64,000 nt of DNA from a virus (IMGVR_UViG_2862799924_000001:7607-71606); one strand, 5' to 3'. Positions 19,454 to 30,671 are shown, counted from the first letter of the stretch. The notes: generated by a model from the sequence alone, not told the origin. Made by a program: numbers and translations.

Positions 19454-20864
19454 CTTGTCCTTCCGGCGTGCCGGATTGTTCCAGTTCAAGGGGTGCGGGA
19501 ATGGGCTCCGCGGGTTCGAGGCTCGCGGGCGGCTGCATCTGCACCGACACGAGACCGGTGTGCTGACCGACGAGCTGAGAGACGTCTTCGGCGAGAATCG
19601 CCTGCACGGCGGCATCAGGCTCGAAGCCCGCCTTGATGAGGGCGTCGATCGTGTTCGCCTGTACGCGCAGGATCTCTGCGCGGTCCTTGGAGTCCTCGCG
19701 CAGAAAGGCAATGTCTCGGTCGTCGTACCAGAGGCTCGCGCCGCTCGGCACCATCACCAGGTTTTCCAGGCACGACGCGGCCACGCGCCACAGCGGGCGC
19801 ATGGTGCCGTCCGCGAAGCGGCGGCGGCTCGCGGTGAAGTTGGAGGCGTTGAGCGCGGATCCCTGAAGGCCCTCGGAGAAGCCGACCCACGAGGGTGGGA
19901 CCCCGGCGGCGCTCGCTATGCGCGCTTCACCCTTGCCGACGGTCGACGTGAAGTCGAGCTGCCGGAAATCGTGGGTGAGCGGCGTGACATCGGCGCCGCC
20001 CTGGAGGAAGAGGGTCTTGTACGCGTTGAACGCACCCTGATGCCCGGCCTTGAAGGCCCGCACGAAGGAGTCGAATTGTTCCTTCTGAACGTCCTTGTCG
20101 AAGCGCACCACCATGTTCGGCACGGCCGCATGCTCGAAGAACGTCTTCTTGTGGACCGTCGCCGCGGTGTCCGCCTCGATCTCCCGCAGCACCGGCGTGA
20201 TCCAGGACATGCCGCGGAAACGGGCCGACGGGTCAGGGATCGGGCTGTAGTGGGCGACCTCATCAGGCATGAGCAAGACGGCGCCGCCGGTCGCCATAGG
20301 CCCGCCCGACGACATGACGCCGAACTGCCGCGGCTCGTAGAGGAACCCAATGATGCGTGCGTCCGCGGCGTACAGATCACCGGAGTGGCTGCCGATCAGC
20401 ATCGACACCCAGTCAGGCCGCAGCCGCGCGAGCCTGAGGCCGGGGCCGCTCGCGGCGTTGCCGTAACCGCCCTGATCGTCAACCTTCGTCCAGTAGCTGT
20501 TCCCGGCCAGCGACGCGTCCTGCTCCATGCGCGCCAGCAGCTCGCCCGTCGTCCCGGAGGCCCACGGGCGTTCGAGCAGGCTCAGTTCGCCCGACCCGAA
20601 GAGGTCACCGGGACGCCCGTTCCTGAACTGACGGAACTGGAACCGCGCCTCGGAGAACACCATCTGCCGCGCCATGACGCAGCTGAAGATGGGCCCGTTC
20701 CTCTTGAAGGCTCCTTCGACGTAGCCCTCGAAGTCGGTCTCGATCCGCTCCTTGTCGGCGGTGCTGCCCATGAAGAACGGGGCAGCGTCGATGTTCCAGA
20801 AGTCGGGCTGCGTGAAGGCCTTCCGGTTACGCCCCCAGGGGATGAGCTTCTTCCACCAGGCCAT
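19440..20864 (-). CDS. portal protein
   Basis: LAGNSYW, LRPDWV, RGMSWITP, IASAAGVPPSWVG. Confidence 0.93.
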   Translation of the reverse strand: MAWWKKLIPWGRNRKAFTQPDFWNIDAAPFFMGSTADKERIETDFEGYVEGAFKRNGPIFSCVMARQMVFSEARFQFRQFRNGRPGDLFGSGELSLLERPWASGTTGELLARMEQDASLAGNSYWTKVDDQGGYGNAASGPGLRLARLRPDWVSMLIGSHSGDLYAADARIIGFLYEPRQFGVMSSGGPMATGGAVLLMPDEVAHYSPIPDPSARFRGMSWITPVLREIEADTAATVHKKTFFEHAAVPNMVVRFDKDVQKEQFDSFVRAFKAGHQGAFNAYKTLFLQGGADVTPLTHDFRQLDFTSTVGKGEARIASAAGVPPSWVGFSEGLQGSALNASNFTASRRRFADGTMRPLWRVAASCLENLVMVPSGASLWYDDRDIAFLREDSKDRAEILRVQANTIDALIKAGFEPDAAVQAILAEDVSQLVGQHTGLVSVQMQPPASLEPAEPIPAPLELEQSGTPEGQDDGA

Positions 20865-20867
20865 CCG

Positions 20868-22442
20868 TCACCCCCATGCGCATCCGGCTTCGACGGGCGG
20901 CTTCTTGGCGCTCTGCTGAAGACCCCAGACCGCGAGCGTCGCGGCCTGGAGAGGAGAGATGTCGATCGCTGCCCCCCGCTGGTCCCAGGCCCACAGGTCG
21001 GCGACGGTGCGCTTGTCGGCGCCGGCGACGGCTGCGGAAAGAGGGACTTGATCGAGGTGTACGAGGGTCGGATGGTTGCCGCGCATCGGAACGACGGCAC
21101 TGCCGAAGCTCCCGCAGGCCTGCGCGAACTCGCGCGCCGTCGGATTGATGACCTCGATGCCCTTGGCTTCGAGCGCCGGTATCAGCGCGCCCGCCTGGCC
21201 GGCACGGTTGATGACGACCGCCTTCGGCCGCCACCGCTCCACCAGTTCCGCGACACGCTGCACGATCCACCGGTCACCGGGACGGTGATCCAGCACGTCG
21301 GACGATGTGATCTCTACGTGAGTCAGGCCGTCCGGATTCAGCCCGGCGACGACGATGCACCCGCTCTTGCGGTCCGGCGCCAGGTCGACCCCGAAGGACA
21401 GATCACCGACCGGCTCGGATGCCGGGTCGACGCAGGCCTTCCAGTAAGCCTCGCCGATGACACGCCACGACTCACCCTCGACCGGCCAGTCGCCGACCCC
21501 GAGGCGTTCGCGGCTGAACTCCTCTGCGGACATGCTGCGGCGCTCGGCTTCGATGTGCTCCACCGAGCGTTCCGGGGAGCGTGTGCCGCCGATGCGGATG
21601 CCGAAGCCGGGGTTCGCCTTCGGGTAGCTCGCGTACAGCCGTGAAAGCTGCCGGTCGTGCTCTCCCTGCGACCATCGCGGGTCGGCTTTGAAGTCCTGCG
21701 CGTCGTGCTCTTCGCACGTGGGAGGACAGAACTGGGAGCAGGGATCAATGCTCCATTCCAGGTAGCACAAGCGAGGATCGGAGCCCGCGATGCCGCGGGT
21801 GCGGACGCGACCGAGCGCGGTCGACTCCTTGGTGCCGGACGATCCCGTGTACCAGACCTGAGGGTCAGGCACGGCGGACAGTGTCGGCAGGATCGCGCCC
21901 ACCGCACGGTCGGTGAGGATCATCGCCTCGTCCAGCACGAGGCAGTCGCAGGAGAACCCGCGGCCACCGCCCGCGGTGCGCGAGCGGAAGCGGAGACGGC
22001 GCAGCGCACCATCGCGGAAGACCTCGATGCCCTCTTCGCCGTGCGAGCGGCTGACTCGCCGGACCATGCGGTCCAGGTCCGGGGTGTTCTCGATCAGCCC
22101 GAGGATGCGCTTGAAGGCTTCGAGAGACGTGTCGAAAAGGTGCGCGGAGTGGATGCACAGCTCTTCGTCCAGGAGGTAGAGGCTGGCCAGCTCGCGGGCT
22201 TCGAGGACGACGCCCTTCCCGTTCTGGCGTCCAACGATCAAACCCACCTCGAAGGCGGACCACGTGCCGTCAGCGCGCTGGCCGAGGGCCTCCTCCAGCA
22301 CCTGGCGCTGCCAAGGATCGAGGGTGAGCCCGGCGATCTCCGCAAGCTCCGCGACGTCTGCGCCCGCGCTGGAGACGCGCGGCGGCGCACTGAGGATCCG
22401 GGGGGCCTGATCGCCGCGCCCCGGTATGACGACACCGCTCAT
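20868..22442 (-). CDS. terL: terminase large subunit
   Basis: LDPWQ, Walker A VGRQNGKG, Walker B LVLDEA, nuclease FGVDLAPDR and DISPLQAATLA. Confidence 0.95.
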   Translation of the reverse strand: MSGVVIPGRGDQAPRILSAPPRVSSAGADVAELAEIAGLTLDPWQRQVLEEALGQRADGTWSAFEVGLIVGRQNGKGVVLEARELASLYLLDEELCIHSAHLFDTSLEAFKRILGLIENTPDLDRMVRRVSRSHGEEGIEVFRDGALRRLRFRSRTAGGGRGFSCDCLVLDEAMILTDRAVGAILPTLSAVPDPQVWYTGSSGTKESTALGRVRTRGIAGSDPRLCYLEWSIDPCSQFCPPTCEEHDAQDFKADPRWSQGEHDRQLSRLYASYPKANPGFGIRIGGTRSPERSVEHIEAERRSMSAEEFSRERLGVGDWPVEGESWRVIGEAYWKACVDPASEPVGDLSFGVDLAPDRKSGCIVVAGLNPDGLTHVEITSSDVLDHRPGDRWIVQRVAELVERWRPKAVVINRAGQAGALIPALEAKGIEVINPTAREFAQACGSFGSAVVPMRGNHPTLVHLDQVPLSAAVAGADKRTVADLWAWDQRGAAIDISPLQAATLAVWGLQQSAKKPPVEAGCAWG

Positions 22443-22744
22443 GCCCCGGTGCCCCTGCGCCTGCCACCCTGACGACGCGCGGCGTTCGTGCTGCCGCCGG
22501 TACGGCGGGCCATCAGCTCATCAACCCGGGACACGGCCGTGCTGTCGGGGATGGACTCCAGAGCTTCCAGGACTTTGACCAGGCGCAGCGCCAGGGCGGC
22601 GGTCTCGGAGCCCGATGAGCGCCTCGGCTTGCCGCACTCGCAGCACTCGGACTCGCCGCTCATCTCCAGCGCAAGCCGGTCGCGGATCGCTTCGAGCTGG
22701 ACGCGCCTGTCGCCCCCGGAGATGGCCTCACCGAAGTCGCTCAT
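22439..22744 (-). CDS. terminase small subunit
   Basis: GDRRVQLEAIRDRLA...AALALRL...SRVDELMARR directly upstream of TerL. Confidence 0.8.
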   Translation of the reverse strand: MSDFGEAISGGDRRVQLEAIRDRLALEMSGESECCECGKPRRSSGSETAALALRLVKVLEALESIPDSTAVSRVDELMARRTGGSTNAARRQGGRRRGTGA

Positions 22745-23994
22745 CCGAAGTCACCCGCCAGTTCCAGGACTCGCGGCGCCGGCTCGATCAGGATCGTGCG
22801 GGCCTCGGGTGTGACGGTCAGGATGCGCGGCTCTTCGCCGACACCGACGTTGCGCGATTCGGCGGACACCACCAGAACACGGGGCTCCGCGAGCACGACG
22901 ACGACGCGGGGGCCGCTGACACGGGTCTCCAGGAATGCCAGGACAACAGGCAGCGGAGCAGTCACTGCGAGCGTGCCGACGCCGGTGGACGCGGCGCCCT
23001 GCAAAGCCACTTGAGCGCCCGGAGCGAGCACCGACAGCGAGCCGGGCGCGGCTACCGTGCCCGCAGCGGAGAACCGTGCGGAGGGCGCCATGGCAGCGAT
23101 GGGCCCGTGTGTAGCCACCTCGCCCGGCAGCACCACCACAGACGCCGGAGCAGCAACAGCTGCCGTACTGAGAACCATCGCCTCAGCGGACATGGACGCG
23201 TGGGGCCCTGGCGCCATCACGACCACCGCCGCTACGGCACCAAGCTCCCCGGACAAGCCGACCACGGGCGCCGGTGCGGTAGCCGATGCAGCACCGGCCA
23301 CCGTCAGTTCGGCGTCGGCCCCGCTGGCCGCGGCGGGTGCCGTCACGGCCAGCGCGACGTACACGGTGGCCATGGCGGCGGCCTGGAACGTGGGGGCAGG
23401 AGCACCCGCTTCGACGTCGCCGGTGACCTTGACGTCCGCGGCGAACGCGACGGCCGCGGCAGGCGCGGTGACGTCCAGCAGATCCGTGGCGCCGCCCACC
23501 ATGAAGGCATGAGCGGAAGGCGCGACGACGCGCAGCGCGTACGGCACCTGCGCCGCCATGTCGACGACCGGGGCCGGTGCGACCACGGGGAGCGTGCTCG
23601 ACGCGGTGATGTCGGCGGTGGCGTCGACTGTGACCGAAGACGCGGTGACGCTCAGGCCAGCCGCTGCCGTGACGACCCCGGCAAGGGCCGCTGTCACCGG
23701 AGGCGCGGTCACGGCCAGCGTGCCCGCTGCGACCGCATCAGCGGCGATGCCGAGGGCGGGCAGGGGCGCGGCGACGGGCAGGTCGCCTGCTGCCTCGACC
23801 GCGCCGACGACAGCCACAGCAACCGAGAGCGCCGTCACCGGCAAGGCGCCGGTGACCTCCAGCTGCCCCGCAGCGGCTACCGTCACGGACGGAGCGGTGA
23901 CCGCGAGGTCGCCGTCGACGTCCAGCGCACTGACGGGCTGCCTGTACCGAGTGGTGTACGCACCTGCCGGGTGTCCGCGGCCGAGACGGGCCAT
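22741..23994 (-). CDS. Ala/Val/Pro-rich repetitive fibre-like protein
   Basis: About 15-aa repeats (LAVTAPSVTVAAAG) and C-terminal 9-aa repeats (EPRILTVTP). Confidence 0.7.
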   Translation of the reverse strand: MARLGRGHPAGAYTTRYRQPVSALDVDGDLAVTAPSVTVAAAGQLEVTGALPVTALSVAVAVVGAVEAAGDLPVAAPLPALGIAADAVAAGTLAVTAPPVTAALAGVVTAAAGLSVTASSVTVDATADITASSTLPVVAPAPVVDMAAQVPYALRVVAPSAHAFMVGGATDLLDVTAPAAAVAFAADVKVTGDVEAGAPAPTFQAAAMATVYVALAVTAPAAASGADAELTVAGAASATAPAPVVGLSGELGAVAAVVVMAPGPHASMSAEAMVLSTAAVAAPASVVVLPGEVATHGPIAAMAPSARFSAAGTVAAPGSLSVLAPGAQVALQGAASTGVGTLAVTAPLPVVLAFLETRVSGPRVVVVLAEPRVLVVSAESRNVGVGEEPRILTVTPEARTILIEPAPRVLELAGDFG

Positions 23995-24011
23995 GGGTCA
24001 CCGCCCTCGGG

Positions 24012-24512
24012 TCAGCACTCCTCGAAGACGATGTACGCGACCGCCGTGAGCGTGGCTGCGGTGTTGATGCGCAGCTGGCAGTACTTCGAGGGGCTCACCA
24101 CGTAGTCGCGCCCCAGAGGGAACTGCTTCTCGTACTGCGTCGTAGGGCCCACGAAAGCGCCCGCGAACTGCCGCTCGGTGGTGTTCGTGACGATGGCCGC
24201 CGCGCCGTAACCGGTGGACCCGGTGCCCATGGTGAGGCTGCTCGCCTTCGCGTTGTCGCCCACCGGCATGACCGTGCTGGTGCTGTGCGCGGTGAGCGAC
24301 GTCGTCGCCGCGCTGGCCTGCGCAAGCGTGCACACCGCAGGAGTTCCTGCCGCTGAGCCGTTGAAGCTGACGCCCCACTCGACCACGCGGATACCGACGG
24401 TCGAGGTGGCGGCCAGCTGGATCGCGCACTTGGCACCGGCGGTGTAGCTGGTGCCCGCCATGACGCCGGTGGTCGTGTCGATCGCGCAGTTGTAGGCGAT
24501 GTAGAGGCTCAC
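24012..24512 (-). CDS. hypothetical virion-like protein
   Basis: GTG start overlapping the upstream stop; SLYIAYNCAIDTTTG...VVEWGVSFNG. Confidence 0.65.
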   Translation of the reverse strand: MSLYIAYNCAIDTTTGVMAGTSYTAGAKCAIQLAATSTVGIRVVEWGVSFNGSAAGTPAVCTLAQASAATTSLTAHSTSTVMPVGDNAKASSLTMGTGSTGYGAAAIVTNTTERQFAGAFVGPTTQYEKQFPLGRDYVVSPSKYCQLRINTAATLTAVAYIVFEEC

Positions 24513-24778
24513 GCGACACCGGCCACGCCGTAGACCAGCAGGTATGCACCGTCCCTGTTGGCACCTGCGGGGATCGTGACGGTCGTCCCGGCGATGGAGG
24601 CGCCCACCGCTGCTGCGACGGTCGTCCCCATGATCACGGCGCGCTTGATGACCGTGAACTGCTGGATCACGTCCAGGGTGTCGGCGGCGGTGATGTCGCG
24701 CAGTGCGTACAGCGCGACACGGTCCGACTCCCCGTTCATCCACATCAGCGGGTATCTGTTGGGATCAAGAGCGGCCAT
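24509..24778 (-). CDS. hypothetical protein
   Basis: ORF with RBS in the operon. Confidence 0.65.
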   Translation of the reverse strand: MAALDPNRYPLMWMNGESDRVALYALRDITAADTLDVIQQFTVIKRAVIMGTTVAAAVGASIAGTTVTIPAGANRDGAYLLVYGVAGVA

Positions 24779-24787
24779 GACGTCCCC

Positions 24788-25519
24788 TCACCACATAGAG
24801 GCACGACGCACTGCCGTGCTGAAGACCTTGCTGTTCGGGCCCGTCGGCGGGGGCTCCGCGATCAGCGCCCCGGCGCAGAAGCACCAGGCGACACCAGCCA
24901 GGGTCGACGTGAAGGCGGGGGATGTACCGGTGCCCAGCTGTTCGGCGAACAGGATGCGGGGGTTGGATGTGGTCGCGGCCGTCATGCCGATCTCACCTCG
25001 CTCCACCCAGGAGCCGCCAGGGCCCGCCACGTCGTACGCCGTTCCGTTCCAGGTGGCCAGCGACGTCCCGGCGCAGTGAATGGACAGGTCCGTGGGCTGA
25101 ACCCCCGTCAGGGCAGCGCTCGTCTTCGAGATGCCGGTGCCGTTCCCGGCCAGCGTTGCTGATGTGCGGAACGGGTCACCTGCCGCGATCACTCCGGTGT
25201 ACCGGAGCATGGTCATCGCGGCGTAGTTGCCATACGTGCCGTCCGGCGTCACGGTGTAGCTGGCCGGTTCCGAGGACGCCCGGCGCCAGAACAGGCTCAC
25301 GGTGTTGTCCTGGTCCCCGACGGGCAGGTCGTTGACCGTCGCCTTCTGGGTGAAGCCCGGAATCGCCGGGACGACCCCGGCGGACTCCGACACCTCGATA
25401 CCGAAGATCAGCATGTCGCCGTTGGCCGTCCCCGCAGGCACGTTGACGGACACCGTGGCGGCGTTGTTCCCGCCCGCGTTGAGCGTCACCGTCGTCGCGC
25501 TCTGAAAGGTGATCGGCAT
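24788..25519 (-). CDS. virion-like protein sharing a domain with the large minor tail protein
   Basis: VNVPAGTANGDMLIF and FWRRASSEPASYT resemble the repeats in 4144-8106. Confidence 0.7.
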   Translation of the reverse strand: MPITFQSATTVTLNAGGNNAATVSVNVPAGTANGDMLIFGIEVSESAGVVPAIPGFTQKATVNDLPVGDQDNTVSLFWRRASSEPASYTVTPDGTYGNYAAMTMLRYTGVIAAGDPFRTSATLAGNGTGISKTSAALTGVQPTDLSIHCAGTSLATWNGTAYDVAGPGGSWVERGEIGMTAATTSNPRILFAEQLGTGTSPAFTSTLAGVAWCFCAGALIAEPPPTGPNSKVFSTAVRRASMW

Positions 25520-25521
25520 GG

Positions 25522-25938
25522 TCAGGCCGCGGGCATCGTGAACGTACCGCTGGTGATCTCCACGGTGACGCCCACACTGATTGTGGTGGTGTTGAGCTGG
25601 AGCTGCCCGCCGCCGCCCGTCGCCGTGACGCTGCCGTCGAAGACCGTGCCCGGCGTGCTGCTCGCGCAGCGGAACCAGGCCGCAGTACCCGCCGCCGCGC
25701 CGGTCGTCGACAGCGGTACTGCGGCCAATGTGCAGACACCGGAGGACGCCGCGCCGAAGGCGGGATCGTCCAGCGTGAACGTGGCGAGCAGCGTTTGACC
25801 GGACACCGCCGTGTTCGCGTTCGCAGGCTGCGACGCCGCGTAAATCTTGATGGTTCCGGCGCCCGCTCCCCCGTCGACCAGGTCGACAGCAGCGTCAGCC
25901 ATCGCGTTCTGAGTTGCAGTAGCAAGCTGGACGGCCAT
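25522..25938 (-). CDS. phage structural protein (fibre-associated)
   Basis: MAVQLATATQNAMADA...GTIKIY...GTAAWFR...VFDGSV...ITSGTFTMP. Confidence 0.7.
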   Translation of the reverse strand: MAVQLATATQNAMADAAVDLVDGGAGAGTIKIYAASQPANANTAVSGQTLLATFTLDDPAFGAASSGVCTLAAVPLSTTGAAAGTAAWFRCASSTPGTVFDGSVTATGGGGQLQLNTTTISVGVTVEITSGTFTMPAA

Positions 25939-25948
25939 CAGATTCCCT

Positions 25949-26428
25949 TCACCATGCGCGGGACCCCGTGGCCGGCCGCGGTGTAGCGCCCTGCGGCGCG
26001 GTGGACTGAGCAGTCGGACGCGGGCGCTTGCGCAGGCCAGAGCCGTACCAGCGCTTCACGCCGTCCATGTACGCCTCGGGCCGCTCGGCAGCGCAGCGCG
26101 CTTCGACGACGTCGCGCCCCGGATCGACCGTGACGACCTCCGCGCCGTATTTGCGATAGCGGTCCATCGCGGCCTGCTTGGGCACCGAGTGGATGATGTA
26201 GACGTCGTGGGTCTCGACGTGACGCAGCGCCTCGTTGATGGCGCCCTCGCGGGCACGGAAGGCGACCGTGGCCAGCGGGCGTTTGTGACCGTGCGGGGCG
26301 GCGCCAACCGCGGTCAGCGCGTTGGCCAGACGGTCGTAGTCGATGACGATGTCACCGCTCTTCGCACGGTCGTTGACCCACGTGGACTTGCCCGCGGCGG
26401 GCGGGCCGATCACGACGAAGAGGGCCAT
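25949..26428 (-). CDS. small P-loop kinase/ATPase (AAA_33-like)
   Basis: VVIGPPAAGKSTWV, DIVIDYDRLA. Confidence 0.85.
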   Translation of the reverse strand: MALFVVIGPPAAGKSTWVNDRAKSGDIVIDYDRLANALTAVGAAPHGHKRPLATVAFRAREGAINEALRHVETHDVYIIHSVPKQAAMDRYRKYGAEVVTVDPGRDVVEARCAAERPEAYMDGVKRWYGSGLRKRPRPTAQSTAPQGATPRPATGSRAW

Positions 26429-26548
26429 CAGCGCCTCCGTCGCAGCAACTTGTGATGCAGGCCACGCACTTTGTGGGTGCGCGGAGCAGAACAAGGGCGC
26501 CTGGCAGGGCAGCCTGTGACAGGTGCCCGGTCAACGGCAGGAGGCCCC

Positions 26549-27070
26549 GTGCAGCCCGTGATCGCAGATGACGTCAAGCAGCTGGTGAAGCGCTGGGTGG
26601 CCCAGGCCCGCGCCGACGCGAAGGCCGAGGGGGAGTTTCCGCCCCCTCCGTACAGCAGGCTGCCCGACCACCAGCGCAGTTTGCTGTTCCGTGAAGCGCA
26701 CTGGTGGCACGCCCTGGCGTCCGGCCGGCTGCTCGCCTCGTGCGTCCCGCCGCGCCCCTCACCGGACAACGTCGCGGCGATGCGAGAGCACCTGACGCGC
26801 TGCTTCGAGCACCTGCACACGAAGATGGGCGGTCATGCGGACTTGTTGCCCGCGGGCACACACGACCAGATCCGCACCGTCCAGCAGCGCGCGGCGGCGG
26901 CACTGGACGTAGTGGAGCAAGCAGGCGCTGCCGCCTGGTCCCGCGAGGCTGACGCGGCGTGGCAGGAGCTGATGCGGTGGGCCGATCGCCTGGACGCTGC
27001 CGAGCGTCCGCGCCCGGCAGGCGGCTGGGTGCCCGACGGGTGGGAGGCCTACCGGGCTACCGGTTCTTGA
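26549..27070 (+). CDS. hypothetical protein in inverted orientation
   Basis: GGAGG RBS before GTG 26549; fills the gap between minus-strand genes. Confidence 0.6.
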   Translation: MQPVIADDVKQLVKRWVAQARADAKAEGEFPPPPYSRLPDHQRSLLFREAHWWHALASGRLLASCVPPRPSPDNVAAMREHLTRCFEHLHTKMGGHADLLPAGTHDQIRTVQQRAAAALDVVEQAGAAAWSREADAAWQELMRWADRLDAAERPRPAGGWVPDGWEAYRATGS

Positions 27071-27332
27071 CCCGGATTGTGATGCTGCGGTCGTCGATGC
27101 GGCCGGCGCTTGTGATGATCCGGTTGGTCACCTGGTAGGGGGTCCCGGGTGTGCCACCGGACACCCAGGCCGTGGCGCTGGTCGCGCTGTGCGCGTCACT
27201 GTTCAGCGTCAGACCGGCCGATACGGTCATGGTCGACGTCGTGATCGTTTCCCCGGGTTCGAGCCAGTCCGACCAGTCCCACACCCAGTCGAGCGTGGCA
27301 TCTGGATCTTTCTCCCAGGTGGAGGTGGTCAT
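27057..27332 (-). CDS. phage fibre adaptor-like protein
   Basis: KDPDATLDWVWDWSDWL...VSGGTPG..YQVTNRIITSAGRIDDRS. Confidence 0.75.
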   Translation of the reverse strand: MTTSTWEKDPDATLDWVWDWSDWLEPGETITTSTMTVSAGLTLNSDAHSATSATAWVSGGTPGTPYQVTNRIITSAGRIDDRSITIRVKNR

Positions 27333-27339
27333 GATCACC

Positions 27340-27740
27340 TCCCGGTGGATCTACGCGCCCCGGTCCACGCGCTGAATCACGCGGCAGGGGTTCGGTGGAT
27401 TAGGAGTGATCACTAAGAGCCTGAATGGAATCTGAATGGATGATCAAGCCTCTGACCTGCGGTTATTCAGGTTGGCGAAATGATCAATGCCACAAGATCC
27501 ATCAGAGGGTTATTGCGGACATAAGGGCGTTTGGGGTCACCGGGAGAATTCCTTACGGACCCACCCCACCCCCCTATGGCCATGGGGATGCAGATCCTCG
27601 ATCAAGTCCGTGACCTGCATGTATGGACTCCGCGCAATCCCCTAAGTGAGCGATCATGGAGGCTGAATTACTGAATGGATTCTGAATAATGATCTATGCA
27701 GAATCCATTCAGGCTCCGGCTTGCGATCAAGCTCGGAAGA
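27340..27740. other. putative cos / packaging region
   Basis: Non-coding and lower GC; just downstream of HNH; G-run GGGGGGTGGGGTGGG on minus; three GCCTGAATGGAWTCTG-type repeats. Confidence 0.55.
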
Positions 27741-28037
27741 TCACCAGCGCTTGGATGCCACGACCGGCCGCTTGGCCTCGCCTGATCCTTTGCGCTGGTT
27801 GCAGAGCCGGTGCGAGGGCCTGAGCCACTGCACATCATCGGGATCATCACCGCGTGCGAGCAGCACCGCGATCGACGGATCGTGATCCGCCTGCCACGCC
27901 ATCGGATCGAGGTAGTGCAAGGTCACGTCGATACCTTGGCCGCACAGGTGGCAGACCGGCGGCGCTTCACGCTTGAGTTGCGCGACAGCGCGGCGCCACC
28001 TGGCACCACTGCGACCAGCACACCTAGTCACCGGCAC
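27741..28037 (-). CDS. HNH endonuclease (packaging-associated)
   Basis: CHLCGQGID...ADHDP...LRPSHRLCNQRKG. Confidence 0.88.
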   Translation of the reverse strand: MPVTRCAGRSGARWRRAVAQLKREAPPVCHLCGQGIDVTLHYLDPMAWQADHDPSIAVLLARGDDPDDVQWLRPSHRLCNQRKGSGEAKRPVVASKRW

Positions 28038-28105
28038 CGCACACCTCCGTGTAGGGGGCACACCGCACCGGTGACGGGTGTTCAGGCAGCACAAGCGAAG
28101 CGGAT

Positions 28106-29269
<1,164 letters not shown>

Positions 29270-29378
29270 TCAGGCCACCCGCCAGGTGCGGGCATAAGGA
29301 AGCGGCCCGCGATGGGGCCGCTGTAACCGCGCATGGCGCGGGTTGTGACTGGCGCTGCCGCTCAGCGGCTTGCGCAGC

Positions 29379-29404
29379 AAAAAAGCCCGCACGCGGCGGG
29401 CTTT
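29379..29404 (-). terminator. intrinsic terminator at the head of the late region
   Basis: Minus strand AAAGCCCGC-CGCGT-GCGGGCTTTTTT. Confidence 0.8.
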
Positions 29405-29465
29405 AACGTCTGGTCAGGCTGCCTCGCGGCATGCCTGGTACGGGTCAATAGTGCACGCGCAAGCG

Positions 29466-29675
29466 CTACATGGCAATCACCCCCTTTCGCAGGTGTTGCG
29501 GGGGCGGCATCGGCAAGGGCTCTCCGGGAGCCCGCGGCGGCATCGCCTCCAGGTTCCACAGGCGGCGCTGCACGGTCCCGTAACGGACCAGGCGGCCCTC
29601 GCTGGCCAGCTTGTACAGGTAGCGGCGCGAGCAGCCCCAGTACAGGCAGGCGGCTTCGGTGTCGGCCAGTCTCAT
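29466..29675 (-). CDS. small HTH protein
   Basis: TEAACLYWGCSRRYLYKLASEGRL. Confidence 0.65.
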   Translation of the reverse strand: MRLADTEAACLYWGCSRRYLYKLASEGRLVRYGTVQRRLWNLEAMPPRAPGEPLPMPPPQHLRKGVIAM

Positions 29676-30028
29676 GCCGCCAGCTCCCGCGTGAGCCGAA
29701 GCACTTCGGCCATCGGGACATCGACGCCCTCAGGTGTGAGCGTCGGCTCCGGCGCTCTGCCGTACGAGACTTCCGAAACATCAACGCCGTCGACCATCTC
29801 CACGCGAATCGGGTTGTGGATCGTCTCAATCTCCACGACCGTCACGGCCTGTTCGATCACCGGCAGCAGATACCGGCGTACGAGATCCACTAGCGGATAG
29901 TCGATCTCGTTGTAGTCGATCCCGCGAGCCTCGCAGTAGTCGAGCCACTCCTCGGGATCATCTCCGTCATTGAAGCCCCACCTGGAGAGCAGGTCTTCGC
30001 TCAGCAACGTGATGCACGGCTCGCTCAC
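29672..30028 (-). CDS. hypothetical protein
   Basis: Overlapping start/stop chain; LLSRWGFNDGD...IETIHNPIR. Confidence 0.65.
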   Translation of the reverse strand: MSEPCITLLSEDLLSRWGFNDGDDPEEWLDYCEARGIDYNEIDYPLVDLVRRYLLPVIEQAVTVVEIETIHNPIRVEMVDGVDVSEVSYGRAPEPTLTPEGVDVPMAEVLRLTRELAA

Positions 30029-30480
30029 GGGCCGAACTCCTCGCGGTAGTCGGGGTGGTCGTCATAGGGCAGGGCGAGCAGGCGCAGCGCCTCGATCTCG
30101 TCAGGGTTCGTCTCCGGGCACAGCCCCGCCTCGATCGCTTCCGCGCCGTGGCAACAGCCCCATTCGCCATCGATCTTTGCTTCGTAGTTGAAGATCGCGG
30201 CAATGATCCGCCGCTTCGCCTCGATCTCCTTGAGGACGCGGGCCGGATCATGGCGGGCGATATGGGCGGCCTGGTGGAAGTCGGCTGCCGCCCGGTCCTG
30301 GGCATGCATCCGCTCCGGGTCGAAACCGAACTCGACGATCGGCCGCTCACCGGAGGCGAATACCACGCCACCGCTGCGGTCGAACATGTCGTAATGCCAG
30401 GCGTCGCGCCCGGCCTTCTCCGCAGCCTCAGCTTCTTCGTCGTACCGCGCCCGCAGGAACGCAGGCAGGTCGGCGGTCAC
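30025..30480 (-). CDS. DUF6221-like protein
   Basis: FLRARYDEE, HIARHDPARVLKEIEAKRRI, LRLLALPYDDHPDYREE. Confidence 0.8.
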   Translation of the reverse strand: MTADLPAFLRARYDEEAEAAEKAGRDAWHYDMFDRSGGVVFASGERPIVEFGFDPERMHAQDRAAADFHQAAHIARHDPARVLKEIEAKRRIIAAIFNYEAKIDGEWGCCHGAEAIEAGLCPETNPDEIEALRLLALPYDDHPDYREEFGP

Positions 30481-30671
30481 TGCACCCCGCCCTTCGGGGC
30501 TTCGCCATCCACGGTGATCTCCATGCTCCGCAGCTGCCCGCCGAAGGTGATCCGCACCTTCGGCGAGCCGGTGCCCGCCGCCCCGGCCGCGCGGACCTGG
30601 CGGCAGAAGGCCTCGATCTCGTCCAGGGTCATGACCTTGTCTGCCGCCGCGTGCTTGATCGTCTGTGTCAT
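30477..30671 (-). CDS. small hypothetical protein
   Basis: GGAGG RBS; MTQTIKHAAADKVMTLDEI. Confidence 0.6.
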   Translation of the reverse strand: MTQTIKHAAADKVMTLDEIEAFCRQVRAAGAAGTGSPKVRITFGGQLRSMEITVDGEAPKGGVQ

